A stretch of DNA of 64,000 bases from Ascidiella aspersa (lineage: Eukaryota), in contig OZ004607.1 of NCBI GenBank assembly GCA_963924565.1, forward strand, positions 7,502,001-7,566,000. Reading direction: 5' to 3'. The position numbers were made by a program, and so were the translations under genes. Positions 13,381 to 27,200 of this stretch are shown piece after piece (the first letter of the stretch is position 1; each line of letters begins with the position of its first letter). The notes beneath the pieces were generated by a model that saw only the letters and a list, made by a program, of their open reading frames with translations, did no database searches and was not told the DNA's origin.

Positions 13381-16229
13381 CGCCACCAATTTGGGGTAAC
13401 TCTAGGTCAGATTTCATTCAGCTTTGCCTTGGTTTTTCAACAGGCGTTGCTCATGCGAACATCGATTGACTGTGGCGCGTTTTATGGCGGTTTGGAAGAC
13501 TTTGTTCGTAAATAAGCTTTGTCAGAATTCAAGTCCAGTGATTTTACAGGAAACCTTAACAATTTTTTTTAAATCTTGAACTTCAACGACATAACGGTAA
13601 AGTTGTTTTACAATGCAAGCATGGCGCCAACAAGCAATTTTGGCTCACAACTCAATTACTTAACTACATTTGCGATCACTGAAAGTAATTTGACACGCAA
13701 TAAAATGTAGAAGCGTTGTATTTTTACCGAGATTAAGTTTTAACATACACGATGCACGCAAATTAATGTAGCTAACCTTTGGCCTAAATACAGGCAAGCT
13801 CTTTTTTCTGGTGCTACACGTGTAATATCACGTTTCATGGTGGTTTGAAATATTGTAGAATGTAGATAATCTCCAAAATCCAATATTTAAACGTTTTGTA
13901 CATTAACTATAACGATTTTCACCATCTGTTGTGGATGGACGTGACAAAAATTTGTGTGATGTACGTGATTGTTAGAACGAGCCACGTCGGTCACAAAATT
14001 TTGCCTTTAAGAATAAAAAACCGGAGCTTTTTTTCTTTGTGATATATACGTCTATATATAAACAAAAGTAGCATGTTTGTTGCTTAATCAATAGCAAGCA
14101 GGTTTTTTATTAACTAAGTATATTTGTAACTTTTAAACACTATTTTTTTATGAATGTTTACTAATATAAACAACTTTGTGGTCCACAAAACTTCTCCAAA
14201 AAAAGCCTTTAGTGAGAAAACCTGCAAGATAAAGTTATTGCACTTTTCTGTTTTTTTTTACAACTAATCTAAATGCAACCAATATTCAATACAAATATTT
14301 TGATCTTTGTTTGATAAATATTAAAAACACAAAATAAATAAAAATTAGTAAATTTGTTGTTGTTGTGCAAACTCTTCCTTTTTTTAAAGTCCTTACTTCT
14401 GTATAAACACTGCTTACCAATTCTAGTTTATTACATTGTTGTTACTGACTTAAGTTAATGATATGAATTCATTTAATACCAGGCATTAAATTGGTAAAAG
14501 TATAATGTATTTCTGGGAGGACGAAAAAGTGGTGCACTAATTGAAAGGACTAAGCGGTTTAGTACAACAGGAAACTCATCACATTGGTTTGAGTTTCCAC
14601 AATTTAAAGCTTGTCTAAAGGCTAGATGGATGGTTTAACAATGCTACAAAGAAGACATCAGGCGTATGAAGCCTGTTTTGGTGGGTACTACTGGATTATT
14701 ATAGATATTGATAAGTTGGTTCATGACTCGAATATGTTTTTATCAATTTTCTATATGAAAAATAGTAGCAATTTGTCAGATGGATTTTCAAATTATTCTA
14801 CACAACATGTTGACCTTACTACTTAAAAAATAAATCTTGTAAACAAAATAAACTGTTCCTATGTGAAAAAATAATTAAAATTTGAATTTGCAGAATCACA
14901 TCTGCACGAAGGCAAAACAAACCTTACTGACCCTATAAGAATTGTGCTTATTCTGGGCTATTTATTACAACCAAAACTGTTTGTTGTTTAGCTAAACAGT
15001 GTTTCTCCATCTTTTGTGTGGCAACTAAAATACTACGCAGAAACATAATCAGCAAAACTTTAAAGACACAATTTTCTTCACTGAACTTTTTGTAAGTGAA
15101 ACTAGCATATGGCATTAGCATAAATAAGATCAAATTTAATTAACAAAGCCGTGTCTTCAACAAAAAATAAATTTGCCCAGAACCAGAACCAATCTCAGTA
15201 AATCTAATGATTATAAAACTACTGAAGTTTGGTGACCAATCAAAATATTTTTTTACCAAGTTCTACGATAACTGAACAATTCATGAGACAACCAGTAAGG
15301 GTGTATTTAACCAATCACATGAAAAGGTTTGTCCAGTCACATGAATAGGAATGGTTATATTTTTTAAGCCTTTTTGTGTATTGAAATTAACATGTCATCT
15401 TGTATGTTTTTTTCTAATATTTAGCTAAAGGCTTTATTTAAATTTTTGCTTTCAGTGATGTTAATGTAAGATCTTTTCAGCAATTGATATGACAAAAATA
15501 TCAGCTAAGCATTTTTTGCTTAACCCGGAAAAATAACTGATTTGTTGTTGCACTACTTGTCAGTAAATCATCCAAAGCAAATGATGGACAAGTGACAATG
15601 CCACTAATTTGCAATACTCCACACAACAATGTGTTGTTTTAATCGATGTGTGTATTCCTATTAGGTTAAAACTTTTAGGTCAAAATTTCATGGCCCAGTT
15701 ATCACATGTCAAACATGACATTCTTATGACATTTACAAGCATGTGTTGGTATTTTAAATACAATAAATTATTTTTTTTTTACGAATTTAAACTAATTTTG
15801 CAGTCTGAAAAGAAAGGCCCTTAAATAGATAGTACCTGGTGACATCCATATTGTATGTAATATTAAATCAAATATAGTAAAAGCATTTTATTTGAACTGC
15901 CAAATTTGTCTAGATGCATGTATCGCATAAATCCAGGATCTTTAATTGATGACACATTGACGCCCTAAAACATTGTGGAGTTTGTGTCCCTGGTAGTTGT
16001 ATTACTAGTGGGATGTATGCTATATTTTAAGCAATTTTTTATCCTGAAAATCATCAGTAACACTAATATTAGGGTGTTCAAACTTTTTGTTCATGGTAAA
16101 AATTTTTTCTTTGGTTTGAACTGCAATAATAAAGGTAATCACAATAAAGTCGTACAACTGTTATTAACAGATGAAAATATCACTCCTCAGGATCAGAATT
16201 GGTTTTCTCTAGGAGTCCACATGATCTTT

Positions 16230-19200
16230 CAGCCCCCTTCGGTTGACGACATCGACGTGAATTGATTACGTAGGCCTTTGAAGAGAACGAGTTTGGCGAA
16301 GGTCAGCTGTTGTACTTCATCGCTGCTTATTGTGACGTTGAAATCGCGCTCCAGCTTTCGATCGCCATTAATAAGTCGAGAGCCAGACCGGAGAAGGTGA
16401 CATTCTTGTTAATTTTGTTCGTGTCTTGGAAAAATCACGACAAATATTTCTAAAAAGCCCAATTTACCTATGACTTACGACCCTTCACTACTGTCCTGTT
16501 TAGTTTGTTAATTTCATTATTTAGGTTTTAAGCAAAACCTGTTAAAAAGAATCCTTTGAAAAGCAGGACAGACCAGGCCACTTAACCAAAAATTCTATGT
16601 TTGCTACGGCGTCGACGACTGAAGACGGGCATTTTTCTTTTCTCTTTTCCCTGCTCTTGGTAGCGGGACAATGCTGGATACAACGACGTCTTCTTGCTGC
16701 GAAAAGAACCGATCCTGAGAGAGGCATTTAATATGTGTTTTTTTTGGCATTAAGTGTTGAATTGTTTGATGTCGATTTCTTATGTGATCGTGGCGCATTA
16801 AAGAGTTTTAGAAATTTTGGAGCATAATAGTTGGAGGTTGTGGTAAGACGTAATAAAAATATCAAAGCCCATACAGAAGTACGTATTATTTTGAACGTTT
16901 CGAATAAGTCTTTATTCATTTTCAACATAGTTAACGTATTTTTAAATTATCGCCTGGTACCAATTAATGAGGTTATACATTGGAATAATTGCATACAAAT
17001 ACGAAACTTTAATGTTTTTGAAGGCTAAACACCAATTTTAGGCATTTTAAAGTTTAAAGGCAAAGTTTATCTTGGGGGTAATTGCCAAATGTTTACCGCT
17101 GGACGAGACATTGCGAAACATATTCTACGTGTGCCGATACAAACGTTTAAAATGTAACTGTCTCATATTTGCTGTTTTACTCCTACAACCGACATTTTCT
17201 GTTGAAAGTTCTACCGTTTGATCCGATAGCAATAACGTCAATAATTATTATTAATGACAAATAAGTAGAATAATTTAAATTGATCCTTACTCGAGATTGG
17301 TGGTCAAGTATAGAATCAATACCTTTAGTATTTTAATACTGATATTGCAATAACATCGTTGTAAATTAAGAGGACTTAAAAAATTAAAAGCCCGTAATAA
17401 CGTTTTTTAGTCGGTTCTCAAACAAATAATATTTTGCGTTGAAAAATTGCCATACTGCAAATGTGCCTATATTTAAGCATGACGCCATCGACTGCATGAC
17501 TGTTCCGCATATGACGTCATTGCCGATGGTTTCCCCACTGTACGCGAGGTCTGGCAGTCGTTTTTTTGCAGCACTCGAGTTGTTACATTAAAGTCAATAA
17601 CGGGTTTCTTATATGACAATATCACCATAGTTGTCAATGAAAGCCGCTTAGTTGTACTAATATGTTTTTTGTGTTTTTAATGGATGAGGTAAAAAGTGAA
17701 CCTTTAATCCAAGCCAGGCAGTAATAAACCAACCAGGCGCCCAACATGGCATGTTCAAATTTATTAGTAAATTAACTTTTTCAATTGGTACACCGAAAGC
17801 CTTTCCAAGCCATTAGAAACTTTGCGCGTACTGATTCTGGGACAGCGAGTCCTTCAAAACCATGGCCAGGTGAAAAATGCCGCCTACGTCATCACTTAGC
17901 AGCTCGCTGGCGCCCTCCGGCGTGCTGACTTCGCAATTACTTACTATGACGTCGGCGCCCCTCGCCCGCCATCTGGTGAGATATTGTTGCTGGTAGACGG
18001 TCTTTACTCCTGCCAAGTGGTAACACGCAAACAATAAACATTTTTTAACTCGGAGGCTTTCACGTGGCGGAAATATGCCCAATGGGCCAATGTCCACCGC
18101 GGTAGACGTTCACAGAGAGGTTACCTGCGATGACGTCACTTATGTCGCCGGGGAGTGCTTCGGTAGACACCAGCCTTCCGTTTAACAAACACCTGGAGGA
18201 TTAGGTAATAAGACTAATGTTGACAATTTGTTTTTTCGAGCAAAGTTCAGTTTCGCACCTAACAGCAAGGTCAAGGCCATTACAATATTTATTTTTCGTA
18301 AAAACAGGTTTCACGCCCGTCACAAAACCAACGATGAGAAACAATACCGAGGTTTCAACTGAAGTCATAATACCTGACTTGTTTGCCGTTTGGTTCCTTC
18401 CTCAAACATTTCAACATCCCGACGACGCCATTGGCGTTTTTGTTTCCCCTAATCCAAACAGGAGATTGGCATGACGAGACAACTTTCTGTGTGGAACAAA
18501 AACATGGTTTGCCTGCCATTCTGTATCTTAAAGGGAAATTCATTTCGGTACACTGTTTTATTTAAGTCGACTGTGCTTTTTGATTGTAGCAGTAAAGTAT
18601 TATTTAAACTAGGCTCTACTATAGGCTCCAGAACTGCTGCGGATACCTCCAAGCAAAAATTTAAGTAACCAGAATTTTTAACTAATGCTATCTTGCAAAA
18701 AATGGTTTAGGCCCAGTCAACATTCTTGCTCTTTTCGTTTATTTCATGTTAACCCTGAAATCCTTACATTGACGATTACCTCATTCACCGTTAACAAAAT
18801 ATTTTAGTTTGTTTAGCCGTTCGACCTTAGTAGACCGCCTATTACAAGAGACGTGCTTTGGAACACTGGCTCATCGTTCAAAATTACATATTTACACAAC
18901 GGAGTCAAACAAACAAAATCCAAAACCTCAAAAAAAACACCCATTCGAAATCGGAAGAGCCGACGTCAATGATTTGCGGTTCCTTAGCCGCCTGCTTATT
19001 TTGTGACGACACAAGAACAAGTTGCTTCCCAAAATTTCGTCAGACTTTTTGAGGATGATTTCTAGACATTAAACGGGAAGGGACAAAACAAATTAAAAAT
19101 ACTTCTAACCCTAATTGTGTGGCGCTGAATTCGCTTATTTGAAAGGTTGATTTACATTACACTCAGGTGATTAAAGGGTTAACAATAAAGTCAATACAAC

Positions 19201-19473
19201 TGTCAATTTTACTTGTCTTATATACTTGACTTTATTATTGAAAGCGAGTTAGTTAGTTTTCAAACCATGCAGCTATTCCCAAATTTTGTGTTAGCAGTTC
19301 TATTTAGGACACGTAGCCAGGTAATCATAGACTCACACCTAAAAAAAAAACTAGAGCAAAATTACATGTTCATCTGTTCAGCATACGAATACTCGCATTT
19401 GTGTTCTGGGTCAACAACTCTCAATAGAGCATCCGCGATTTGGTGGAAAGGAGTCTGTTTCGTTTGTTGTTGA
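16230..19473 (-). pseudogene. Deleted and degenerate 3' half of a further FAS-like paralog (remnants of exons 21-24 and 32-35 with introns)
   Basis: Collinear similarity to 36900-38410 and 44215-46837. Exon 24 is joined directly to the exon 32 acceptor region. ACP DSL reads DLL followed by a frameshifting deletion, and the exon 21 donor is mutated (CAG/ATGAAC). Confidence 0.88.
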
Positions 19474-19475
19474 AA

Positions 19476-19870
19476 TTTGCGTGTTACCACTTGACAGAAA
19501 GAAGACCGCCTACCAGCAACAATATCTCGCCAGACGGCGCACGAGGGGCGCTGACGTCTTAGTAAGTAATTGCGACGTCAGCACACCGGAGGGCGCCAGC
19601 GAGCTGTTGACTGATGACGTGGGAGGCATATTTCACCTGGCCATGGTTCTAAAGGACTCGCTGTTTCAGAATCAAAACACGCAAAGCTTCGAAGATGTGT
19701 GAGGAATCAAGTGCAATGGAACCGACAACCTCGACAGGTCAATACACGGCTAAAAGTTTCTATCTTGTTAAGACCACCAGTAAAAAACCTTATTGCAAGA
19801 TTGTTAAGCTACTGGTCTTATCTCTAGATTTGAGTCGATAAATAGCTCGCACAACTTTAATGTAAAAAAA
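19476..19870 (+). pseudogene. Inverted extra copy of KR exon 32 plus following intron
   Basis: Matches 44218-44600. Premature stop GTG TGA where copy B has GTG TGC. Confidence 0.88.
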
Positions 19871-19926
19871 ACAAGCTAGAAAAACAATTGCCCTGCAGTG
19901 AGGTTGTTTGTTTTACAGAAACGTAT

Positions 19927-20215
19927 AGCGAGGATTGGTGTATGGTTGTTTCTCGACTCGCTCTTCTCTGAGCCTGTGTTGCTCAGTTGGTAGATCGACG
20001 GTCCGAAGGTCGTGAGTTGAAACCTCACTGCAGGATAGTTGTTTTTGCAGCCTGCCCTGCTTGCATCATTGATCGACAGATTCGGTTAGTCTGAGATGGC
20101 TTGAGGTGTACTAATGACACCTAATCCGTAATCGTTGGTCAAAAAGCAGCAGAACGTGCTATAGATCACAGTTGTTGAACACACATGTGTGATTTTGTGT
20201 GTATCTTACTTTACC
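19927..20215 (+). mobile_element. tRNA-related (SINE-like) repeat
   Basis: A-box-like TGCTCAGTTGG and B-box-like GAGTTGAAACC followed by a shared body. Other copies at 40384-40564 (minus), 21668-21848 (truncated), and partial ones at ~2800-2910 and ~29385-29500. Confidence 0.7.
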
Positions 20216-21109
20216 AAGTATTTATTCATGCTGTACTCGCGATTTTAATCTTTTTGTCGAACCTAATATGCAGAGACTTATTTAAAAAATTGTCGCTTTT
20301 TGATTTGGTTGGGCCACTGTGGTCACTGTTTTGATTTGGTTGAGTCAAGTGTACATCCATATTGAGTTTGGTTTTAGGCAAATTTATTTTTTAATTGAAG
20401 ATATGGCTTTTATTAATTAAATGTGATCGTATATATGCTAATGTTTTATGTTTTTTCGCTTACAAAAAGTAAAGAAAAATTGTGTCTTTAATATTTTATT
20501 GTTTTACTTGCTGTTTAGTCGCCACGCAAAAATATTGAGAAACACTGGTTTTATAACCAAACAACAAAAATTTGAACTAAATGGATGACCAACAATTAAA
20601 CCAATTCTTATTGGTTCAGAAAAATTTGTTTACGCATGGTGCAGATGTGATACTGCCAATAAAAAAAATAATAATTCATAATATCTCAAGATTTATTTTT
20701 AATTAGACTACATTTTATGTACAATGATTTGCAAATGCATTTTAGAAATTCACCCTGATGAAGGCTTCTGACGCTGATGTCGTTCTTGTTCATGTCTTAA
20801 GGCTGGAGTCCATACCATGCCTGGTAGTAACAGCGTATTTATTGAGTACTTGGTATGGGTTGAAGACTAAAATTTCTTGTTGACGCCAAGCTTTTTACTG
20901 TATTGCAAAAAAAACGTTGAAGTTCAAGGTTTAAAAAAGTGTAAAGGTTTTGTATAAAACTTAAATGCTGACAAAGCTTATTTACGAACAAAGTCTTACA
21001 AACCGCCATAAAACACGCCACAGTCAATCAATGTTCGCATGAGATACACCTGTTAAAAACGATTTAAAGCTGAGTAAAGTCTGGCCGAGAATTAACCCAA
21101 ATTACCGGT

Positions 21110-21262
21110 AACGTTTGACCGGGAGTAACCCTTTTGCGACGTCATGCCGGTCGGCGCAAGATCGCACCACGTCCGTGAATATAACAGGATAAGTTCCCAA
21201 AATCTATTCACATTTGCCATCTCAACGTTCGAGGGAACGTTAAAATTGTTTTTGTTGCAAAA
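21110..21262 (+). promoter_or_regulatory. Conserved proximal promoter / 5' leader of copy B
   Basis: CRE-like GACGTCAT, SRE-like ATCGCACCAC at 21161-21170 and TATA-like AATATAA near 21178, all shared with copy A. Confidence 0.55.
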
Positions 21263-24200
21263 ATGGATGGTATAATATGCCTATCAGGTTTGGCCGGTCG
21301 CTTTCCGGAGTCGGAAAACGTTGAAGAATTTTGGCAAAACCTCCTGTCGGAAAAAGATTTAGTCACAGAAGACAGCAGACGTTGGAAACCAGGTAAAGTG
21401 AAATTTTGCGTTGTTTATAAGTATGATTGTCCCATTTTATTTTTTTCTTATTCGCCAATCTTTTGTTGATTTTTGTTTAAATTGCTGCGGAATAACTAAT
21501 AACTAAGCAAATAGCGCAGCCTCGGGAATTTTGGTAAATCCATATTGCTAATGCGATTTGTGCATTATAAAAACTATAAATAACAGGTGATTTTTTAGTT
21601 GTTTTTCTTTTTTTCTGTAGTTTTATATGGTTTTTGATTGGTCATGTAATAAGAAAAACTTATTACCTGTTGTTTTTCTGGCTTGCTCTGCTTCCATCAT
21701 AGATCGACAGATTCGGCGAGTCTGCGATGGCTTTTCGGTGTACTATTGATACGGAAGCCGTAATCGTTGGTCATTAAGCAACTTCCGAGGGGCTAGATCG
21801 CAGATGTTATTAAACACATATGTTTGTGTGTGTCTTTCATTATTACCTGGAGTTGTGTTTTACTATTCTTGCGCGACAAACTATATAACGGACCCCGACG
21901 GCTTTCCAGATATCCACCAAGGGAAACTTAGCAATGTTTCTGCTGTGCTTATTGCTAGTTCGGCTTTGGCTGTCACGTAATATTGTTCACGTGCCATTAC
22001 GCCGCCAATTCGTTTTTTTTTTATTTTGGCCGTCTATCCAAAGTACAAGTTATTAACGTGGTGTGGTATGGTATGGCACAATTAAAACATAATGGTCCAT
22101 TTAAAAAAGTATTCCACAACAATACTCAAATTGCGGGGGTTTAAATATTTAGGTGGTACACTGAAACTTCGAATGTTAGTAAAAAGCAGTACCATATAAA
22201 AAAAAAATTTCCATATAAAATTAATTTGATAAAAATATAAATCCAACTAACTAAGCTATAGCTTGTATTAAAAACCAGCAGCTTGATTCTGTAATTTTCG
22301 ATCTTCCTTTGAAGCAATTACGACTATCTGTTGACAAACATAACCAATGTCTTTTTAATTTTCAAACACAACGCTTGCTAAATTTTGAAACACATTCTTA
22401 CCCTAATGCTTTGTATTAAAGGGCTGTGGAGCCTTCCGAAGCGAAATGGAAAACTGAAGGAGCTGGACAAGTTCGATGCGTCGTTCTTCGAAGTTCACTC
22501 CAAGCAAGCAAACAACATGGACCCGCAGCTGAGACTGCTTCTAGAAGTTTCCTTCGAAGCAATTGTAGATGCAGGTAAAGCAAAAAAAGAAGGCAAAAAA
22601 CAACCTTACTTACAAGATATATAGATATTTAGCTACTAATATTTAACACTATACCTTTTTGCTTTAATTGCCTAAAACATTATCATATTTAAAATGCACC
22701 TAATCCTATTCCGTTATCTAGCAGTTACCAGGAAAAACAAATGTTTATTGTTTATTTGTCGTTGTCGCTTCAAGTGAAATCTGATTATCCAGTTTCCAAC
22801 CCCAACTAGCAACTTACATTCGCTCTATAAACGCAGGCGTAAGCCCCATCAATTTGTCGGGCAGCCGAACCGGGGTCTGGGTGGGGTCGACTGGATCTCA
22901 ATCAAGAGAAGTTCTGTCCAGCGACCCGGAAACGTTGGAAGGCTACAGCATAATAGGCTGTGCTACTTCGATGTTTGCTAACAGACTCAGCTACTTCTAC
23001 GACCTCAAAGGTATTGTGCTGGCAGCTGCTTTTTAATCGGTCGATAAGATTGGTTTTCATTGCGAAGGAGGGTCTAGTCCCCGTCAATAGTTGGGGGTGG
23101 TCCGAAATAAAATATCCGTATAGAAATAAAATACCAACTACCAACATCGCTAGTTTGGGCATATCTTGGTACAGGTATATCATTTTGGTTCACGGTAAAA
23201 TACTTCCTAGGAGAGTAAACTTATTGAAATTTGCAAAAAAATACACAATTGCGCCTATGTTAATCAATTAATCAACAAATAACATCTGCATGCAATCAGG
23301 ATAAATTGTTTTGATTTGTTATAAAACATTAGCGAAGACACCAGTTAAATATACTAACATCGTGTAAGCCAAGATAAGTTAAGGCCGTATTTTACTTTTT
23401 GAACACAGGAATGCTTTTTAGGTTGGGGGGCATTTAGTTTGTTATCAAATAAGTGTTGTTCGAGTGCACTAGCTTAGTCTAAAACTTGCTTATATGCATG
23501 GTTGTGTTTCAGTACTTAAATTTTAATTTATACACAAAACCAAACGAAGCAAGGCCTCGGCCAATGTTTGTCATTAATAGGGTTTACCTTAAAATACATT
23601 TTGCGTGAGAGAAGTTGCGAGACAATCACGTAAGACGTCTAATCGCAGTGAAGTAATATCAGCTCTGCCATGCAGGGCGACCTGACGTAAAATCAGACCA
23701 CTAGAAAATGTCAGTTGTATTCAGACTTGGACAACTAGATTTATTTTAGCTTTTTAAGATTAGATTTGAATTAAAATTGGAGCATTTTAGTTTTTCCAAA
23801 TTGGATTAGAATGAGATCGTTTTGAGTTTTCTCAAATTCGAGTAGAATTAGAATTACCGAATTTTAAAAAAATCACATTTCAATTAGAATTTGAACTAGA
23901 ATCACATTTAGTTTTTACAACCAATTTAATCTTATAAGAACGTGAATGGTAAATATGTGTGTGCTAATTTTCATGATTTTTGGACTGTAAAAATTACATA
24001 CAAGTCGTTCCAACCAAAAAAATGTAATTAAAATTCTGTTTTTGAACTGAGAGACTGAAAATGCCGTTGGACGAAGTAGCATTTTTAGTAAAATCCAAAT
24101 TAGATTAGAATTAGAATTAGCCACATTTTGCTCTAATTCAATGAATTAGAAAACTAGACTTATCTAGTTGTCCAGGTCTGGTTGTATTCACGTTTCTGTT

Positions 24201-27200
24201 ATTCACGTTTCACGACTGTGAAGACCTATTCAAGTCACGACTGCGACGACCTGTATCGTCTGGCGTTAACCAAACCATAATGAAGCCAATTTTGCGTTAA
24301 TTCTGAGCCAGAAATGTCGTTTTCGGTTGTTATCCAGCGACTCGCGTTTTTTTTTTTTGCACGCTAATGGTGCATTTACTGTTAGCGAAGTGAAAGGCAC
24401 TTGTTTTATATTTATTGGTAAATTCCTACTACGCATCTCGCATAACATAATAATAATCTAGCAATATAGGCGGAAGGAAAGACTGTTTAACATTTTCAAC
24501 CATTTAATATCACTGAAACGTCAAAAAACGATTTTTTAAGAATACACAATGTTGCCCAAAGTTTCCAAAAGTCGACGATTTCAACTTAATTAGTTTTTTT
24601 TCATGAAGAGAAGCACTTTTATAACTTGAAATGACAATCTTCTTCTTTGTCCTGTGAAACTAAAGAATGGAAGTTAAATCCTAAACGGGATCTTTAACAC
24701 AAAAACAATAAATTTAGCCTACCAGGATGTTATAATCGCGACCACCTCGAGCCAATGTAGCGCTTCCAAACCTGTCCTTCCTGAACTTAATCACGTGAGT
24801 GGTCCAACCTCAGTGACGTTATATCAGCTGTGCCATGCAGGGCAACCAGACGTAAAATCAGACCACTGGAAAAATGTCACGTTTCTGTTGAATTCACGTT
24901 TTGTCGTCACGAGTGCAACGGCCATATCATCTGGCGTTAACCAAACCGTAATGAAGCCAATTTTGCGTTAAGATCTGAGCCAGAAAGGTCATATCCAGCG
25001 ACCCGCGTTAATTTTTTGCACGCTAATGCCGCATTTACTGTTAACGAAGTGAAAGGCACTTGTTTTATTTTTATTGGTAGGCGGGAGGAAAGGCTGCATT
25101 TCCAGCCATTTACTATCGCTGTAACTGTAACAGTAAAAAATTTAAGCACACACAATGTTGCCCAAGGCTTCCAAAAAATTGACGATTGAAACTTGAATTA
25201 TTTCTTTTTCATGAAAAAGAAGCACTTTTATAGCATGAAATGACATTCTTCTTATTTTTCCTATTAAACTAAAAAATGGCAATTAAATCCTAAACGGGAT
25301 CTTTAACACTAACCAATACATAGTGTCCTAATTCCAATGTCCCTACAAACTTAGCCTGTACCAGGATTTTATAATCGCGACCACCTCGAACCAATACAAC
25401 ATTTCCAAACCTACCCACCTGAACACAGCACTTAACAATACAATACCTTTAAAAGGTCCGAGCATGTCGGTGGACACGGCGTGTTCGTCTAGCCTCCTGG
25501 CGCTCCAGATGGCCTGCCAGTCGATCCGGGAGGGCCACTGCGACGCGGCGATCGTTGGCGGCTCGAACCTGCTGCTGAAGCCCCAGTGCTCGCTGCAGTT
25601 CCAGCGCCTCAACATGCTCTCGCCAGATGGAGCGTGCAAGTCATTTGACGCTTCGGGCAACGGGTGAGCTGTGAGGTTGCGATTTTTTATGTTTTTTAGC
25701 GTTGTGTTTATAGATTTCGGCGAATTTTTACATTTCAAAATTCAATGCGGTTATTAGGTGGCGTGTTTTTTTTTTCTCCACAGTATCAATTTTACGCCAC
25801 ACTCTTAAGGCTAGAAACTTCCCTGCCAAAATTCATTTAATATGTGTTAAATTAAAAAAACATTCTTTTGTATATTATTTTTTTGGAGGATACATAGAGA
25901 TAACGCAAGTATTGTGATTAGAGGCTTTGGTCTTTTGACATTCAAAATTCGTGGCGTGTTTGTTTGCCAAGTATTAATTAATTGAGTTTTATATTTTATA
26001 AAAATAGAGGTTAGGCAAGCACTCTACGAGACCTCCGAATGGGAGGCAAATAACTAGATTTGGAAACCAATGGGTCACCTACTGTTACAAACCCAAATTT
26101 AAGTAACCTAAAAAAAGAATAAAAATATTTTAAGTTACCGAAAAACAAGCTCCGCAAAACCGCTATTGCTCTAATAAATGATTCTAAAAACACTGTTCGT
26201 AGTAATTGTTAAACAACGCACTTAGTGCCAACTTGCAAACTATTTCGTTGGCCGGTAAACAAGAGATAACGTTTCGGGCGAAAAAAGTAACTTTTCATTA
26301 ACAAACACAGCCGTCTTCCAAGTCCTTTTGCGCTTTCTGCCTTCTCAAACAATATGGTGGCTGCCAACTCTTCTCTGAACAAGCGTGTTACAGTCAAATA
26401 CGCAGTTTTCGTTATAGCGTGCATTTAAGTCGCATAATGGTAAGAAAATAGCGGACGTTTAGAACTTTTAGAATTTTCAAAAAACACTTTTTCAAAGCAC
26501 TTACTTAAATTTTAACTATTAGTTTTTAAGCGCTTTCGAATTTTAAGTTTCTGTATCAAGGTTCGCTAGATCTGAAGCCGTGATCGCCATTTTCATATGC
26601 AAAAAAGGAATGACGTCACACAGTTATTGTGACGTCGTTCACGCCCAGACCAACACGGACGGCCGAAAGAAAGAGGGAATCACTTTTCCTTCAGGTGAGA
26701 TAACGTTAACCGTCACAAACTTCGTATAGCGTTGAGTCACATTTTCTATTTAAAGACAAATAATTCTCGCATTACAAATAGTTATAAAAGGCTAATCGTT
26801 TTTTCTTGAATCCATTCCAGGTTACCAGCAAAGTCTGCTGCTGCGAGAGACTTACGCAGAGTGCGGTTTAAACCCGCAACTCCTGGATTACGTGGAAGCC
26901 CACGGCACCGGCACCAAGGTGAACGCATCTTGTGAAATACAAATTAACGGGTATTTTTTATTCGTTCAACAACCTAACCAAAGTTAAATAACGTGTCGTC
27001 ACTGTTAGTTGCTTAATGCTCATGGGACGAAAATTGTCAAGAAAAAAAGTTAATTTAAGGTGAGTTTAAAAATGACAAGCTTTTTCATTTTATGTCGCAC
27101 AAATATTAGGCCTTGGTATAAAACAGAGTACCAGGGTCCATGCCCCTACCTATCTAATTATAAATGATTTGTACGCGTCGTTCCTACATGGCACAGTTGT

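Noticed and set aside
17813-18097. Functional ER-less synthase variant
   Set aside because: Exon phases are incompatible, there is a stop, the ACP serine is lost and no 5' half is present.
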